DNA from: Albugo candida
Lineage: Eukaryota
Length of the DNA stretch: 20,000 nt
Reading direction: 5' to 3'
Assembly: GCA_040437565.1 (NCBI GenBank)
Contig: JBDOQK010000020.1
Coordinates: 491,345-511,344 of the forward strand
Both the position numbers and the translations under genes were made by a program. The notes under the pieces were generated by a model. It saw only the letters and a program-made list of their open reading frames with translations, did not search any database and was not told the DNA's origin. Below are positions 10,162-19,369 of this stretch, one piece after another (within the stretch, counting starts at the first letter, position 1; every line of letters begins with the position of its first letter).

Positions 10162-10294
10162 NNNNNNNNNNNNNNNNNNNNNNNNNNNNNNNNNNNNNNN
10201 NNNNNNNNNNNNNNNNNNNNNNNNNNNNNNNNNNNNNNNNNNNNNNNNNNNNNNNNNNNNNACCATTATATGTGGTGGCGCCACATTAAAGTAG
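10129..10294. other. Scaffold gap (100 N, 10162-10261) flanked by an identical 33-nt direct duplication; probably unmerged overlapping contig ends
   Basis: ACCATTATATGTGGTGGCGCCACATTAAAGTAG occurs at 10129-10161 and again at 10262-10294. Confidence 0.9.
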
Positions 10295-10432
10295 TACAAA
10301 ACAAACTTGATTTTATGTGGTTGGACGTGGTAAAAAGAATCTTGATAAACATAAACATAAATCTGATCTGAATCTGAATTTGAAGAGGTTTACACATACT
10401 TTAATTTATCGCATTTCAAAGGTCCTAAAGCG

Positions 10433-12560
10433 ATGGATAGCGAGACCAAAGAACAGTTGCGCGAATGGCTCGTGCGTAATTTGGAACCAGTGTACGACAA
10501 ATCACTAATTAAAAACGCCTCCTTTCATTACTATCATTCGGTTAACGAATGGATGATAAATTGTGAATTCGTATTGTAGATGCGATGCTGACCCGGAAGT
10601 ACTCAGTAAATATGTGCTCGCGCTTGTGCAGAACGATCCTTTAAAAGACGGTATCCGTCAAGTTTGTGTCAATAAATTGGAAGAATTTTTAGGAGAAGGT
10701 GCGTCCTGAATAGCATTTCCCTGTCCATAATCAAATTGAATTCTTTGTTTTAGAAACGGAAGAATTCGTCTCTCGGCTTTTTCAAGCTATCAAAACTGGA
10801 GAATATACTTTCGAAAATAAGAAAGGCACTCCGCACGACGATAGGAATGAAAAGACGACGGAAGGTCACAACAAAGTATGCATTTTCAACTTTCTGGCCT
10901 GTACATATTGATATAAATGATACTATAGAAAGACAATGATCGACGACGTCACCGTGCCGAGGAAGATGATGGACGCTATCACAAACATCAAAAATATCTT
11001 TCCGAGCACGAGTATCAATCCCGGTCATCCGACTATCACCCACGGTCGGCATTTGGACCTCTCATGCATTCAAATGGAGCTCGAGGTGATAGAAAAAACT
11101 ATCCGATGAGTCGAGGGAGAAATTTGTCATCGGAATGGATGCCAGGTCCACTTCTCGAGATGGGTCCATGGGGTCCATCGATGGTCTATCAACAGGCTTC
11201 ACGTGGAATAAGCTATCCCTCTCGTCGTGATTTTGAGTACAATCCGGAAAATCCAGGTATTATGCCTCTTTCCGGACCTATGGGTATGCCAATGCATCCC
11301 CGATATTCACGCATGCCTCGACCGTATCATACTGGACGAGCAAGAAACATCCGAGGAATTGCTGCAGGACGACATAGAACGCTAGAAGACGCAACGAATG
11401 GTCACGGAAAGGAAGCGGATGGTTCGTCAGCCGCGACCACACATGGGTCCAATGGAGCTAAAACGACACTTCGAGTCAGCAATATTGACCAAAAGTACAT
11501 CAATATGACCAAGTTGAGCTTGCATTTCTCCAAGTTTGGGAATGTTGTGAATGTACAAATGCGTCCGAAATTCAGATGTGCTTATGTGCAATACGCAACA
11601 GAAGAAGAAGCTGGACGAGCACTTCATTCTCCGATCCCTGTTTGTAATAACAGATTTATTGAGGTCAAATGGGCCAAATACGATGCCAAAGCACCAGATG
11701 GAGCTCCAGCCGATGAACATCAGGCAGATCAGATTGATGGTGAGAAATTAGATGGAGTTGATGGGGATTGCAAGGAAGATGAAAATGTCTTATCGACAGA
11801 GAAATTACGAGCTGCTGCATTAGAAAAGGGTCGCAAAGTGCTACAAGAGAAGCGGGAATTACTGGAGAAGCAAAAACAATTGATGGAACAGAAAAAAGAG
11901 TTGATAAAGCGTCAATTAGCACAGCAAAAGGAGATCTTGGAAACCATGACTCGTGTTGGAGCTCAGAACTCGACGCAAGATAAAAACGAATTGCTTAACA
12001 AAATCCTGGCCTTATCAGAAGAACTCAAAGCTTTGCAATCTGGCAAGCAATTGCCACTTGCATCTACCAATTCTGGTCGATTGGAGGGTCTCAAAGCTGA
12101 GTTGCGCTCACTGGAGGCTCAAGCGTCCGCTGGCTCACTTTCTAAACCTGAAGGAAGTCATCCATCGGTACATTCGAACAACCGCAATGCCAAATCGAGT
12201 CGCTATCGTGGAGGCCGAAACCCTGGTCGAGGTAGAGCTAAATTCCCGATGCGTTCTTCTCACACTTTGGACAATCGCACAACCATTCTGAAAGTGGAAA
12301 AGTTGCCGGAAGAAGCTCGTGATGGCAGCGTATTGGAGCAACATTTCGGCAATTTTGGTGCCATCGAAAAGGTTGTAGTGGAATCGAGTCAGCCCGAATG
12401 TGCGTATATAAAGTTTCGAGAGCGTCATGCAGCTCAGGTGGCTTTCTCACGTGGTAAATTGTATGGAAACACGGTGCTGGAAATGAGTTGGACCGAACAG
12501 AACGAGGCGCCTGAGGAGCTAAACGCAAAGGAAAATGCTTTGGAGGAACAGAGTACGTAA
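10433..12560 (+). CDS. RBM26/RBM27-like RNA-binding protein (PWI domain + two RRMs + coiled coil); exons 10433-10491, 10580-10698, 10754-10875, 10929-12560; 643 aa
   Basis: The spliced N-terminus MDSETKEQLREWLVRNLEPVCDADPEVLSKYVLALV...KLEEFLGEETEEFVSRLFQAI is the RBM26-type PWI domain. GT-AG introns of 88, 55 and 53 nt keep the frame. RRM1 is LSLHFSKFGNVVNVQ...NNRFIEVKW; a K/E/Q coiled coil follows; RRM2 is LDNRTT...QHFGNFG...YIKFRERHAAQVA. Confidence 0.88.
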
Positions 12561-13136
12561 TAAGCACTTTAGGAGAACAGAAAAACTGACACAACGCGAA
12601 TTCTTATGCAGCGTAAGACTATTTAATGCTGCACAATGGCTGGTGTGTGCTGTAGCAACACACACCGTTAAATACGAAAAGCGTCTGATACGCGCGGAAA
12701 GATCCTTTCGTACTTAAAGATATATCTGTCGACACTTTCGCACTTTGCCATTTTCTGCTGTATTAAATTGTAACTGCTGTCTGTTGCACCGACATGCGTA
12801 CTTTACAGTGCTAAGCATAGCGCCTCTATGCATTCTTACCTGTTACTATAAATACATGCGGATGCGCTAATGAGAAATTACACCGTGCTGCCATCTGCCT
12901 CCATTTTTTGTATAGAACGAGACGACAGCAGCTGGCCATAATCAGTCAAAGGCGAATGAGACTCAGACGCAAGGCGGACGTCAAGTACGTACTAGACACA
13001 GTAGAGTTGGATTACACCTTTACATCAAAGCGTAATCTTTTTGATTTAATTACATTTCTCAGTTGGACGTCAATTGTACCCATTCACGTGCGAGTTCTAC
13101 TGTCTATTTTGGCTTATCTATTTTGACGTATAAAGG

Positions 13137-16100
13137 ATGCAATCGTTCGATGACACAAAAGACCCTACCGCCTCCGACCTGACGCAATTTGTACGCGCAC
13201 AGACAGTTGACGTAGTACCACGTCACAATGCCGCACAGCTTTCTAATGTCTCTGACACACTTCAAACCGCTCCAAACGCTGCAAACTTAACGACAGATAT
13301 CCGTGCTTGCGTGGAAGAACGTCATCGCTCCTTCTCCTCTGCTGATTTATCGGCTTTAAACGCTCATTACCGGCGGAATCTCAGTGTGGAAAGAGAACCT
13401 TGTCAACGCAGGGAGAATCAGCATACAGCAAATAGTCAATGGCAAATACTCACTCGCTTCCGCTTACCTCGTGACTTTCGATTTCGACAGTTGACCCGAA
13501 CCAGCACGCGATATATCGATCCTTCCAATGCACAACCTCTTTCGGCGCGCCTACGCGCTCGTCAACATCAAGCAACCTTGCTGGAAGAAATGCGTATGCA
13601 AAGTTCCCATCCCAATTGCGATTATGTCGAAATTGCCACACCTGTGCATTCAGTCGACGAAGACGCACAAAAATTACGACCCGAAGCTATGCAAACTGCC
13701 TCCACAGACTTTGTCAGTGATTCTGAAGACATATCGAATGGTTTACAAGGTCCTGCAAGTGCTTCATCACGTTCCAATTACAGTTTGCTATGGGATGCAG
13801 ACGAGAAGAATCAGTCTGCAGGTCAATCGCGTTATTGTAAAGTGATTTATTTGAATAAACCAACGCCATATGCTCACTTAAAACGAATTGGCTCGGAAGC
13901 AGACGATTTTGATGCAGATACGACGTCTTTTGTATCGAATGAGATACGTACCGCTCAGTATACGTGGTGGTCGTTTCTTCCCGTATTTTTATTCCTCACA
14001 TTTCAAAAGACCGCGAATCTTTATTTTCTTATGATTGGGATCTTCCAGATGATTCCCGGAATTTCTCCGACAAGTGGCGTTCCCCTCCAATTTCTTCCGC
14101 TTGGAATTGTCACATTTATCGATGCAATTTTCGCCGCGTACGAGGATTACCATCGTCATCAAGCTGATCATCGGATGAATTCTTTCAAAACACGAGTCTA
14201 CAATCGTCAAATGCGCGAATTCGAGTCGGTCGAGTGGCGTGAAGTCAAAGTGGGCGATTATGTGAAAGTGAAAAATCTCGAAGTTCTTCCAGCCGATCTT
14301 TTAATTGTATCGACAGATTCCGGAAATTCACAAGGATCCAATATTGCGTCCGATTCGATTTGTTATATTGAAACAAAAAATCTCGATGGAGAAACAAATC
14401 TGAAATTACGGGAAGCTGCCGCGCCAATTCGTTTCATGTTTGATAAGCACCAAGACACTTTTGAGCCGATTGATGGGTTTTTAGAGAGCGAACTGCCCAA
14501 CGGCGATATCCATCATTACTCTGGAACACTCCATATCACTTCAACATACACTGGCGTATCGAGTGTCACACCCGTACAATTGAAAAATGTCGTGTATCGT
14601 GGCAGTCGACTTCGCAATACGAATTGTATTTACGGCTTGGTAATTCATACTGGAACGGATTGCACGATTCTGATGAATTCCGGCGATGAATTCCCAGTCA
14701 AAGTCTCCTCCATTGATGAGAAAACCAATCGTCAAGTTGTCATTGTCGTGGCACTTGTAGCGCTCATGTCGTTTTTTGGTGCATTGGGAGCACAATTATA
14801 TGCAAAGTCATCGAAGAATGTATCATTTATTGTGTCCAATGTGTCTAATAATGACGTAATCAGCACATTCTTTTACTTTTTCACAACATTATCGTCCATG
14901 GTCCCCATCACACTCTATGTGTCCATCACGGGCGTTCGAGCCATGCAAGCGTATTTCATGGAGCATGACCTGGAAATGTATGACGAGCCTACAGATACGC
15001 GGATGAGCGTTCGAAAAATGACACTGAATGAGCAATTGGGACAAATCTCCCACTTATTTAGCGATAAAACTGGCACACTTACGTGCAATATCATGGAATT
15101 CCGAAAATGCAGTATCAATGGAAAAGTGTACGGCACTGGAACGACTTTGATCGGGCAAGCTGCCATGATTCGTGACGATACAAAATTCGGTGTGGAAGAG
15201 CCGCTCGAAGAGGACGTAAGGCCAGCCGCAAACCAAGCGAGAAAACAATATTTTGGAGCTGTTGGGAGGAATGTTTACCCTCAACAAGTAAGCAATGTGA
15301 ATTTCTTGGATGAAAAGCTGTGGACAGAAGCTTTGGGCAGTGAAAATCGGATGCAGAGAGAACTTATCCGAGGCTTTTTACTACATTTAGCGCTTTGTCA
15401 TACAGTTCTGATTGAGCAACTCGACTCAGAAAATACCGCAAATGCAAGCGATCAAGTTCGATACTCAGCGTCTTCTCCTGATGAACAAGCTTTGGTATCT
15501 ATGGCGAAATATTGTGGGTACGAATTCCTTCATCGTGACCCCGGCACGGTAACAATTCGCATCCCGGACGGCAATATGGAGACATACAAAGTTCTCGAAG
15601 TATTTGAGTTTGATTCCACACGAAAAAGGATGTCTGTAGTTGTTCAAAAGATGGCTCAAGAAAATGAGGAAGAAGTGCTTCTACTTACCAAAGGAGCTGA
15701 TAGTGCGCTATTTCCTCGCCTGGCTAAAAACGCACACAATGAGCAGATCCGAAAAAGCACAGAGGATCATATTGAGACATTTGCGCGTGCCGGATTACGC
15801 ACGCTGGTGATCTGTGGAAAACGACTCAACATCGCTGAATGGGAAGCATTCCAAAAACGGTATCAAGTTGCTTCGACGGATCTCACGCAGTTGGAGCTCA
15901 AGGGCAAAAACAATCCGCTGAATCAAATCGATAAGCTTCAGGATGAGATGGAACAAGATCTATTTCTCATCGGAGCAACAGCTATTGAAGATCGATTGCA
16001 AGATCAAGTTCCAGAGACGATGGAAAAGCTAGGACTGGCCGGTATCAATTTATGGGTTCTCACGGGTGATATGGAGGAAACAGCAATCAATATCGGGTAC

Positions 16101-18293
16101 GCGTGCAAGCTGTTACGCAATGAGATGCATCGACACATTGTGAATGGCGTCCATTTCAAATCGCGTGGTACCGTTTTGCGTGAATTGGATCGAATTTTCC
16201 ATTCAATTTATTCGACGGTCGAAAGAAGCACTCAGGACGAGCAATCGACTAATGAGCACGCACTTATTATCGATGGAGCTTCGCTGAATTTGATACTGGC
16301 GAGCTCAATTTGGAATTTACACCTTCTTCGCGTAGCACTACTATGCAAAGTCGTCATTGCATGTCGGGTCTCTCCTCAGCAAAAAGCACAATTGGTCGAA
16401 TTGGTCAAAGTAAATGTGAAGGACTCACACACACTTTCAATCGGCGATGGTGCTAACGACGTTCCGATGATTCAGACCGCGCACATTGGCGTTGGAATCA
16501 GCGGACAGGAAGGCATGCAAGCTGTCAATAGTTCTGATTTTTCTATTGCACAATTTCGATTTTTACTTCCCTTACTGCTGGTGCACGGTCGATGGAATTA
16601 TCAGCGGATATCGATCCTGACAGTGTACACATTCTACAGAAACACGCTTTACTGCTTGGCTCTCTTTTGGTACGCATTATGGATCACAGGATTTTCTGGC
16701 CAGAATTTCTATTCGATCTTGATACAGCAGGGGTATAATGTCTTCTTCACCGCATTGCCCATCATTGCATTTGCCATTTTCGATCACGACGTACCTCGGA
16801 AGATAGCCACCGAATTCCCAGCGCTCTATGATCCAGCCACTCGACAACGAGAAATGTTTAGCAACAAATTGTTTTGGAAGTGGATGTCGTTTGCATTTAT
16901 TGACTCCATTCTCGTCGTATCTGTGACTTTCATGGTCGCTTACGGACTAAACGCTTGGGGCAGTACGGTCATACTACTTCATTTGCAATCGCTCGGATGG
17001 ACGATGTTGTGTGTGGCTGTGAATGCGCGTTTTTGTCTTCTTGTGCATACCTGGGACATCTTTGAGGTCTTGGCAATGGTCATTACAATCATGTCCGTGT
17101 ATGTCGTGCAATGGATTGTGGATGCGATTCCATGGTACGATCCAGACTACGATACCGAGTCCTTTCCTTGGATGTTTGGTGACGCCCAGTTCTGGCTTGG
17201 TCAATTACTTGTTATTATCGTCGTTTGTGCTAAAGACGTCCTCTATTCTGGACTCTGTCAGCGATTCTATCCTGCTTTTGTCGATCTGGTCAAGGAGACA
17301 ACAGCCGCGTACGAAGCAGGCAAATATCCTTCGAATCGACCGCATCACGAGCAGCAGAGTAGGAACGAATTAGAGGGCACATTATCGAGACTCGGACAGT
17401 TTAAATCGACTCAGGTGCACGCGACCTCAGCATGGCGAACCGGCATGAAACATCGACTTGATCGACATTTGAATGAAGAGCTCATCTCAATGATGGATTA
17501 TCAAGACCGACGGGATCAGAGTCGATTACCTGAACGATTCCATGCACCTGGAAGAGAAGGATTACATCGCGGTTTTGCATTTGAGCAGCCTGTGGGTCTC
17601 ATTCATTGGATACTTACGACAGCTTTTGATTCTCGCAGACGAAAAGATACATCTGATAGAGAGGAACAAGACTCATGTCGAGAACGGTCGTCATTCTTCA
17701 GTCGACTTACTCATCTTCATATCGAGTCGATCCATTCTCAGCGAGGAAGCGTGAAAAAGTATCGACAGGGAGTTAGTGAGCAAGTGCGGGATGAAATTCT
17801 AGCATCTGAGGATCCCGTCATTTTCGAGAATGAGCGATTCCAGCTGTTTGGTGGGTTTGGAAGTACGTATCCTGGGCACTTACTAACGAACGATCGATGT
17901 CGATGGAGCGATCGATCAGGCCGCATCAGCGCTATGACAATTCCGCTAGCAGGACTTCGATTGAATCTCTCCGCGGAAGCCGATTCCAATGGATGGATGT
18001 ATGCGGCCGATTTCGCATTCTTCCCATCGTTTCCAGACATGACTGAAGGCGACATTGAGTCCATGCCGGAAGGTATGGAAAAAGAGGACTCAGATGCTCA
18101 GAATCCACCGCAATCGGAAGGTAGAGGATCTGAAAGGAGAATTTGCAAGCGCGGACTGTCGCGATTTGGACTAGTACGACGGAGGGAATGGATACAGGGA
18201 GAACAAGCACAGGCTGATGTAGCAGAAGAACCGAATCAGACGTCACCGAGGCATCGGCCTCTATCTGATGAAGTTGAATCCGATAATGTCTAA
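13137..18293 (+). CDS. P4-ATPase phospholipid flippase with long N-terminal extension and C-terminal DysF-like domain
   Basis: Intronless 1718-aa ORF. Motifs: SNEIRTAQY...FQKTANLYFL, ETKNLDGETNLK (P4-specific DGET), phosphorylation site SDKTGTLT (Asp643), YSASSPDEQALV, FEFDSTRKRMSVVV, KGADS, GLRTL, GATAIEDRLQD, CRVSPQQKA, GDGANDVPMIQ and HGRWNY. Multiple TM helices and a C-terminal GFAF motif. Confidence 0.96.
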   Translation: MQSFDDTKDPTASDLTQFVRAQTVDVVPRHNAAQLSNVSDTLQTAPNAANLTTDIRACVEERHRSFSSADLSALNAHYRRNLSVEREPCQRRENQHTANSQWQILTRFRLPRDFRFRQLTRTSTRYIDPSNAQPLSARLRARQHQATLLEEMRMQSSHPNCDYVEIATPVHSVDEDAQKLRPEAMQTASTDFVSDSEDISNGLQGPASASSRSNYSLLWDADEKNQSAGQSRYCKVIYLNKPTPYAHLKRIGSEADDFDADTTSFVSNEIRTAQYTWWSFLPVFLFLTFQKTANLYFLMIGIFQMIPGISPTSGVPLQFLPLGIVTFIDAIFAAYEDYHRHQADHRMNSFKTRVYNRQMREFESVEWREVKVGDYVKVKNLEVLPADLLIVSTDSGNSQGSNIASDSICYIETKNLDGETNLKLREAAAPIRFMFDKHQDTFEPIDGFLESELPNGDIHHYSGTLHITSTYTGVSSVTPVQLKNVVYRGSRLRNTNCIYGLVIHTGTDCTILMNSGDEFPVKVSSIDEKTNRQVVIVVALVALMSFFGALGAQLYAKSSKNVSFIVSNVSNNDVISTFFYFFTTLSSMVPITLYVSITGVRAMQAYFMEHDLEMYDEPTDTRMSVRKMTLNEQLGQISHLFSDKTGTLTCNIMEFRKCSINGKVYGTGTTLIGQAAMIRDDTKFGVEEPLEEDVRPAANQARKQYFGAVGRNVYPQQVSNVNFLDEKLWTEALGSENRMQRELIRGFLLHLALCHTVLIEQLDSENTANASDQVRYSASSPDEQALVSMAKYCGYEFLHRDPGTVTIRIPDGNMETYKVLEVFEFDSTRKRMSVVVQKMAQENEEEVLLLTKGADSALFPRLAKNAHNEQIRKSTEDHIETFARAGLRTLVICGKRLNIAEWEAFQKRYQVASTDLTQLELKGKNNPLNQIDKLQDEMEQDLFLIGATAIEDRLQDQVPETMEKLGLAGINLWVLTGDMEETAINIGYACKLLRNEMHRHIVNGVHFKSRGTVLRELDRIFHSIYSTVERSTQDEQSTNEHALIIDGASLNLILASSIWNLHLLRVALLCKVVIACRVSPQQKAQLVELVKVNVKDSHTLSIGDGANDVPMIQTAHIGVGISGQEGMQAVNSSDFSIAQFRFLLPLLLVHGRWNYQRISILTVYTFYRNTLYCLALFWYALWITGFSGQNFYSILIQQGYNVFFTALPIIAFAIFDHDVPRKIATEFPALYDPATRQREMFSNKLFWKWMSFAFIDSILVVSVTFMVAYGLNAWGSTVILLHLQSLGWTMLCVAVNARFCLLVHTWDIFEVLAMVITIMSVYVVQWIVDAIPWYDPDYDTESFPWMFGDAQFWLGQLLVIIVVCAKDVLYSGLCQRFYPAFVDLVKETTAAYEAGKYPSNRPHHEQQSRNELEGTLSRLGQFKSTQVHATSAWRTGMKHRLDRHLNEELISMMDYQDRRDQSRLPERFHAPGREGLHRGFAFEQPVGLIHWILTTAFDSRRRKDTSDREEQDSCRERSSFFSRLTHLHIESIHSQRGSVKKYRQGVSEQVRDEILASEDPVIFENERFQLFGGFGSTYPGHLLTNDRCRWSDRSGRISAMTIPLAGLRLNLSAEADSNGWMYAADFAFFPSFPDMTEGDIESMPEGMEKEDSDAQNPPQSEGRGSERRICKRGLSRFGLVRRREWIQGEQAQADVAEEPNQTSPRHRPLSDEVESDNV

Positions 18294-18403
18294 TATACTG
18301 TGAGATGTAAAAACATGTTTTGGTACAAAAATGTGTTTTTCTACTTGTGCGATTCAAATGAAAGTCAAAAATGGTTCCTAGTGCCATTGTCATCGTTTGC
18401 CGC

Positions 18404-19369
18404 CTATGCGCTGGTCTCCTCTTCCTGCTTGGTTTCTTCGATCGAATGATTAACAATCAAATCAGTGCTTTCTTCCTCCTTTTCCATTGTGACGGCATGT
18501 ACCTGTTCCTGTGCGTTCGTATCATCAACCTCGTCCACATTTTGTTTCACCTCCTCACTTTGATTCTCAATTGTCTCAGACACAGCTGCTGTGTCTTCTT
18601 GTACAGGAGTCGTCTGTGTGAAATGCTCTTTCACTTCTTTTTCAACAATTACTTGAACTTCGGTCACTTCATTCGTTTCCTCATTATCTTCAGTAATCTT
18701 CACCTCTTTTGATTCGTTGGTACCTTCATCTTCCTTGACGGGAGTCTCAACTTTATCGGACAGAAATCTCTGAAATGCATCTGATTCATAGATGGTCGAG
18801 TCCTTCGCGATTGCATTGAGAATCGTCTCAAATCGCTCCTCACGACTTTTGATGATCTTAGCGTGCTGCAGTTTGCTTGTGAATGGAAGAGATGGAAATG
18901 AGGAGGGAAGAGATGGTAAATCAGCAACACTTTTCAGCGCTCCGTACAAGTTCTTAAAATCATTGTATCGACGATTGAACGCGCCTTGTGGGCCTTCAAT
19001 AACGTAATATACGACATCTTTAGGCATTATAGTGTGACCACTGACTCGGAACGTCTTCATCTCCTCTGTATGTGCGGTAGAAGTGGGCGCCTCCACCTCT
19101 TCCTCTTCATCTCTGATTTCCTCAGTTTCATTTCGAGGTTCCTGATGCTCTGTCTCGGATGCAGCTTCCTTCTCTTCTATCTGCGCTGAAACGTCTTCTG
19201 ATTCCACTACAGAATTCTGTTCCAATGGGTCCACTCGATCAGTACTTTCCAAAGGATCTTCGATGTGTGCAGCGGTCTTCGTACCAGCATCAACAACATC
19301 TTGCTCGACGGAAGGAACAGTAATTTCTGCCGTTTCCGGTTCTCTGGCAGTTGACTGATTGCATCCCAT
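18404..19369 (-). CDS. PX-domain protein with predicted N-terminal myristoylation/palmitoylation motif and Glu/Thr/Val-rich disordered flanks
   Basis: Starts MGCNQS (G2, C3, S6). Central PX: VVYYVI..RRYNDFKNLY..LPSLPS..REERFETILNAI..FQRFL. Both flanks are acidic low-complexity sequence. Confidence 0.82.
   Translation of the reverse strand: MGCNQSTAREPETAEITVPSVEQDVVDAGTKTAAHIEDPLESTDRVDPLEQNSVVESEDVSAQIEEKEAASETEHQEPRNETEEIRDEEEEVEAPTSTAHTEEMKTFRVSGHTIMPKDVVYYVIEGPQGAFNRRYNDFKNLYGALKSVADLPSLPSSFPSLPFTSKLQHAKIIKSREERFETILNAIAKDSTIYESDAFQRFLSDKVETPVKEDEGTNESKEVKITEDNEETNEVTEVQVIVEKEVKEHFTQTTPVQEDTAAVSETIENQSEEVKQNVDEVDDTNAQEQVHAVTMEKEEESTDLIVNHSIEETKQEEETSA

Noticed and set aside
10129-10294. 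33-nt direct repeat as target-site duplication, LTR or CRISPR-like repeat
   Set aside because: Only two copies, each directly abutting a 100-N placeholder gap, which is typical of unmerged contig overlap.
10533-10554. Small hairpin (CATTCG/CGAATG) in the 88-nt intron of the RBM26-like gene
   Set aside because: The stem is short enough to occur by chance, and there is no convincing C/D or H/ACA snoRNA box arrangement.
12561-13136. Longer intergenic region with a GCATAG/CTATGC hairpin, a TATAAATA and a 72-aa ORF
   Set aside because: No tRNA or ncRNA fold and no coding signature is recognisable; it is most simply UTR and promoter sequence.
17932-18712. Overlapping ORFs 17932-18456 (-) and 18371-18712 (+, hydrophobic)
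   Set aside because: They are shadow frames of the flippase tail and of the Glu-rich PX gene. The hydrophobicity arises from antisense GAA-rich codons.
2756-19369. Possible functional cluster of membrane-traffic genes (two PX proteins, BBS9, flippase)
   Set aside because: They are interspersed with unrelated housekeeping genes on mixed strands. No shared regulatory motif is visible, and chance co-location is plausible without synteny data.
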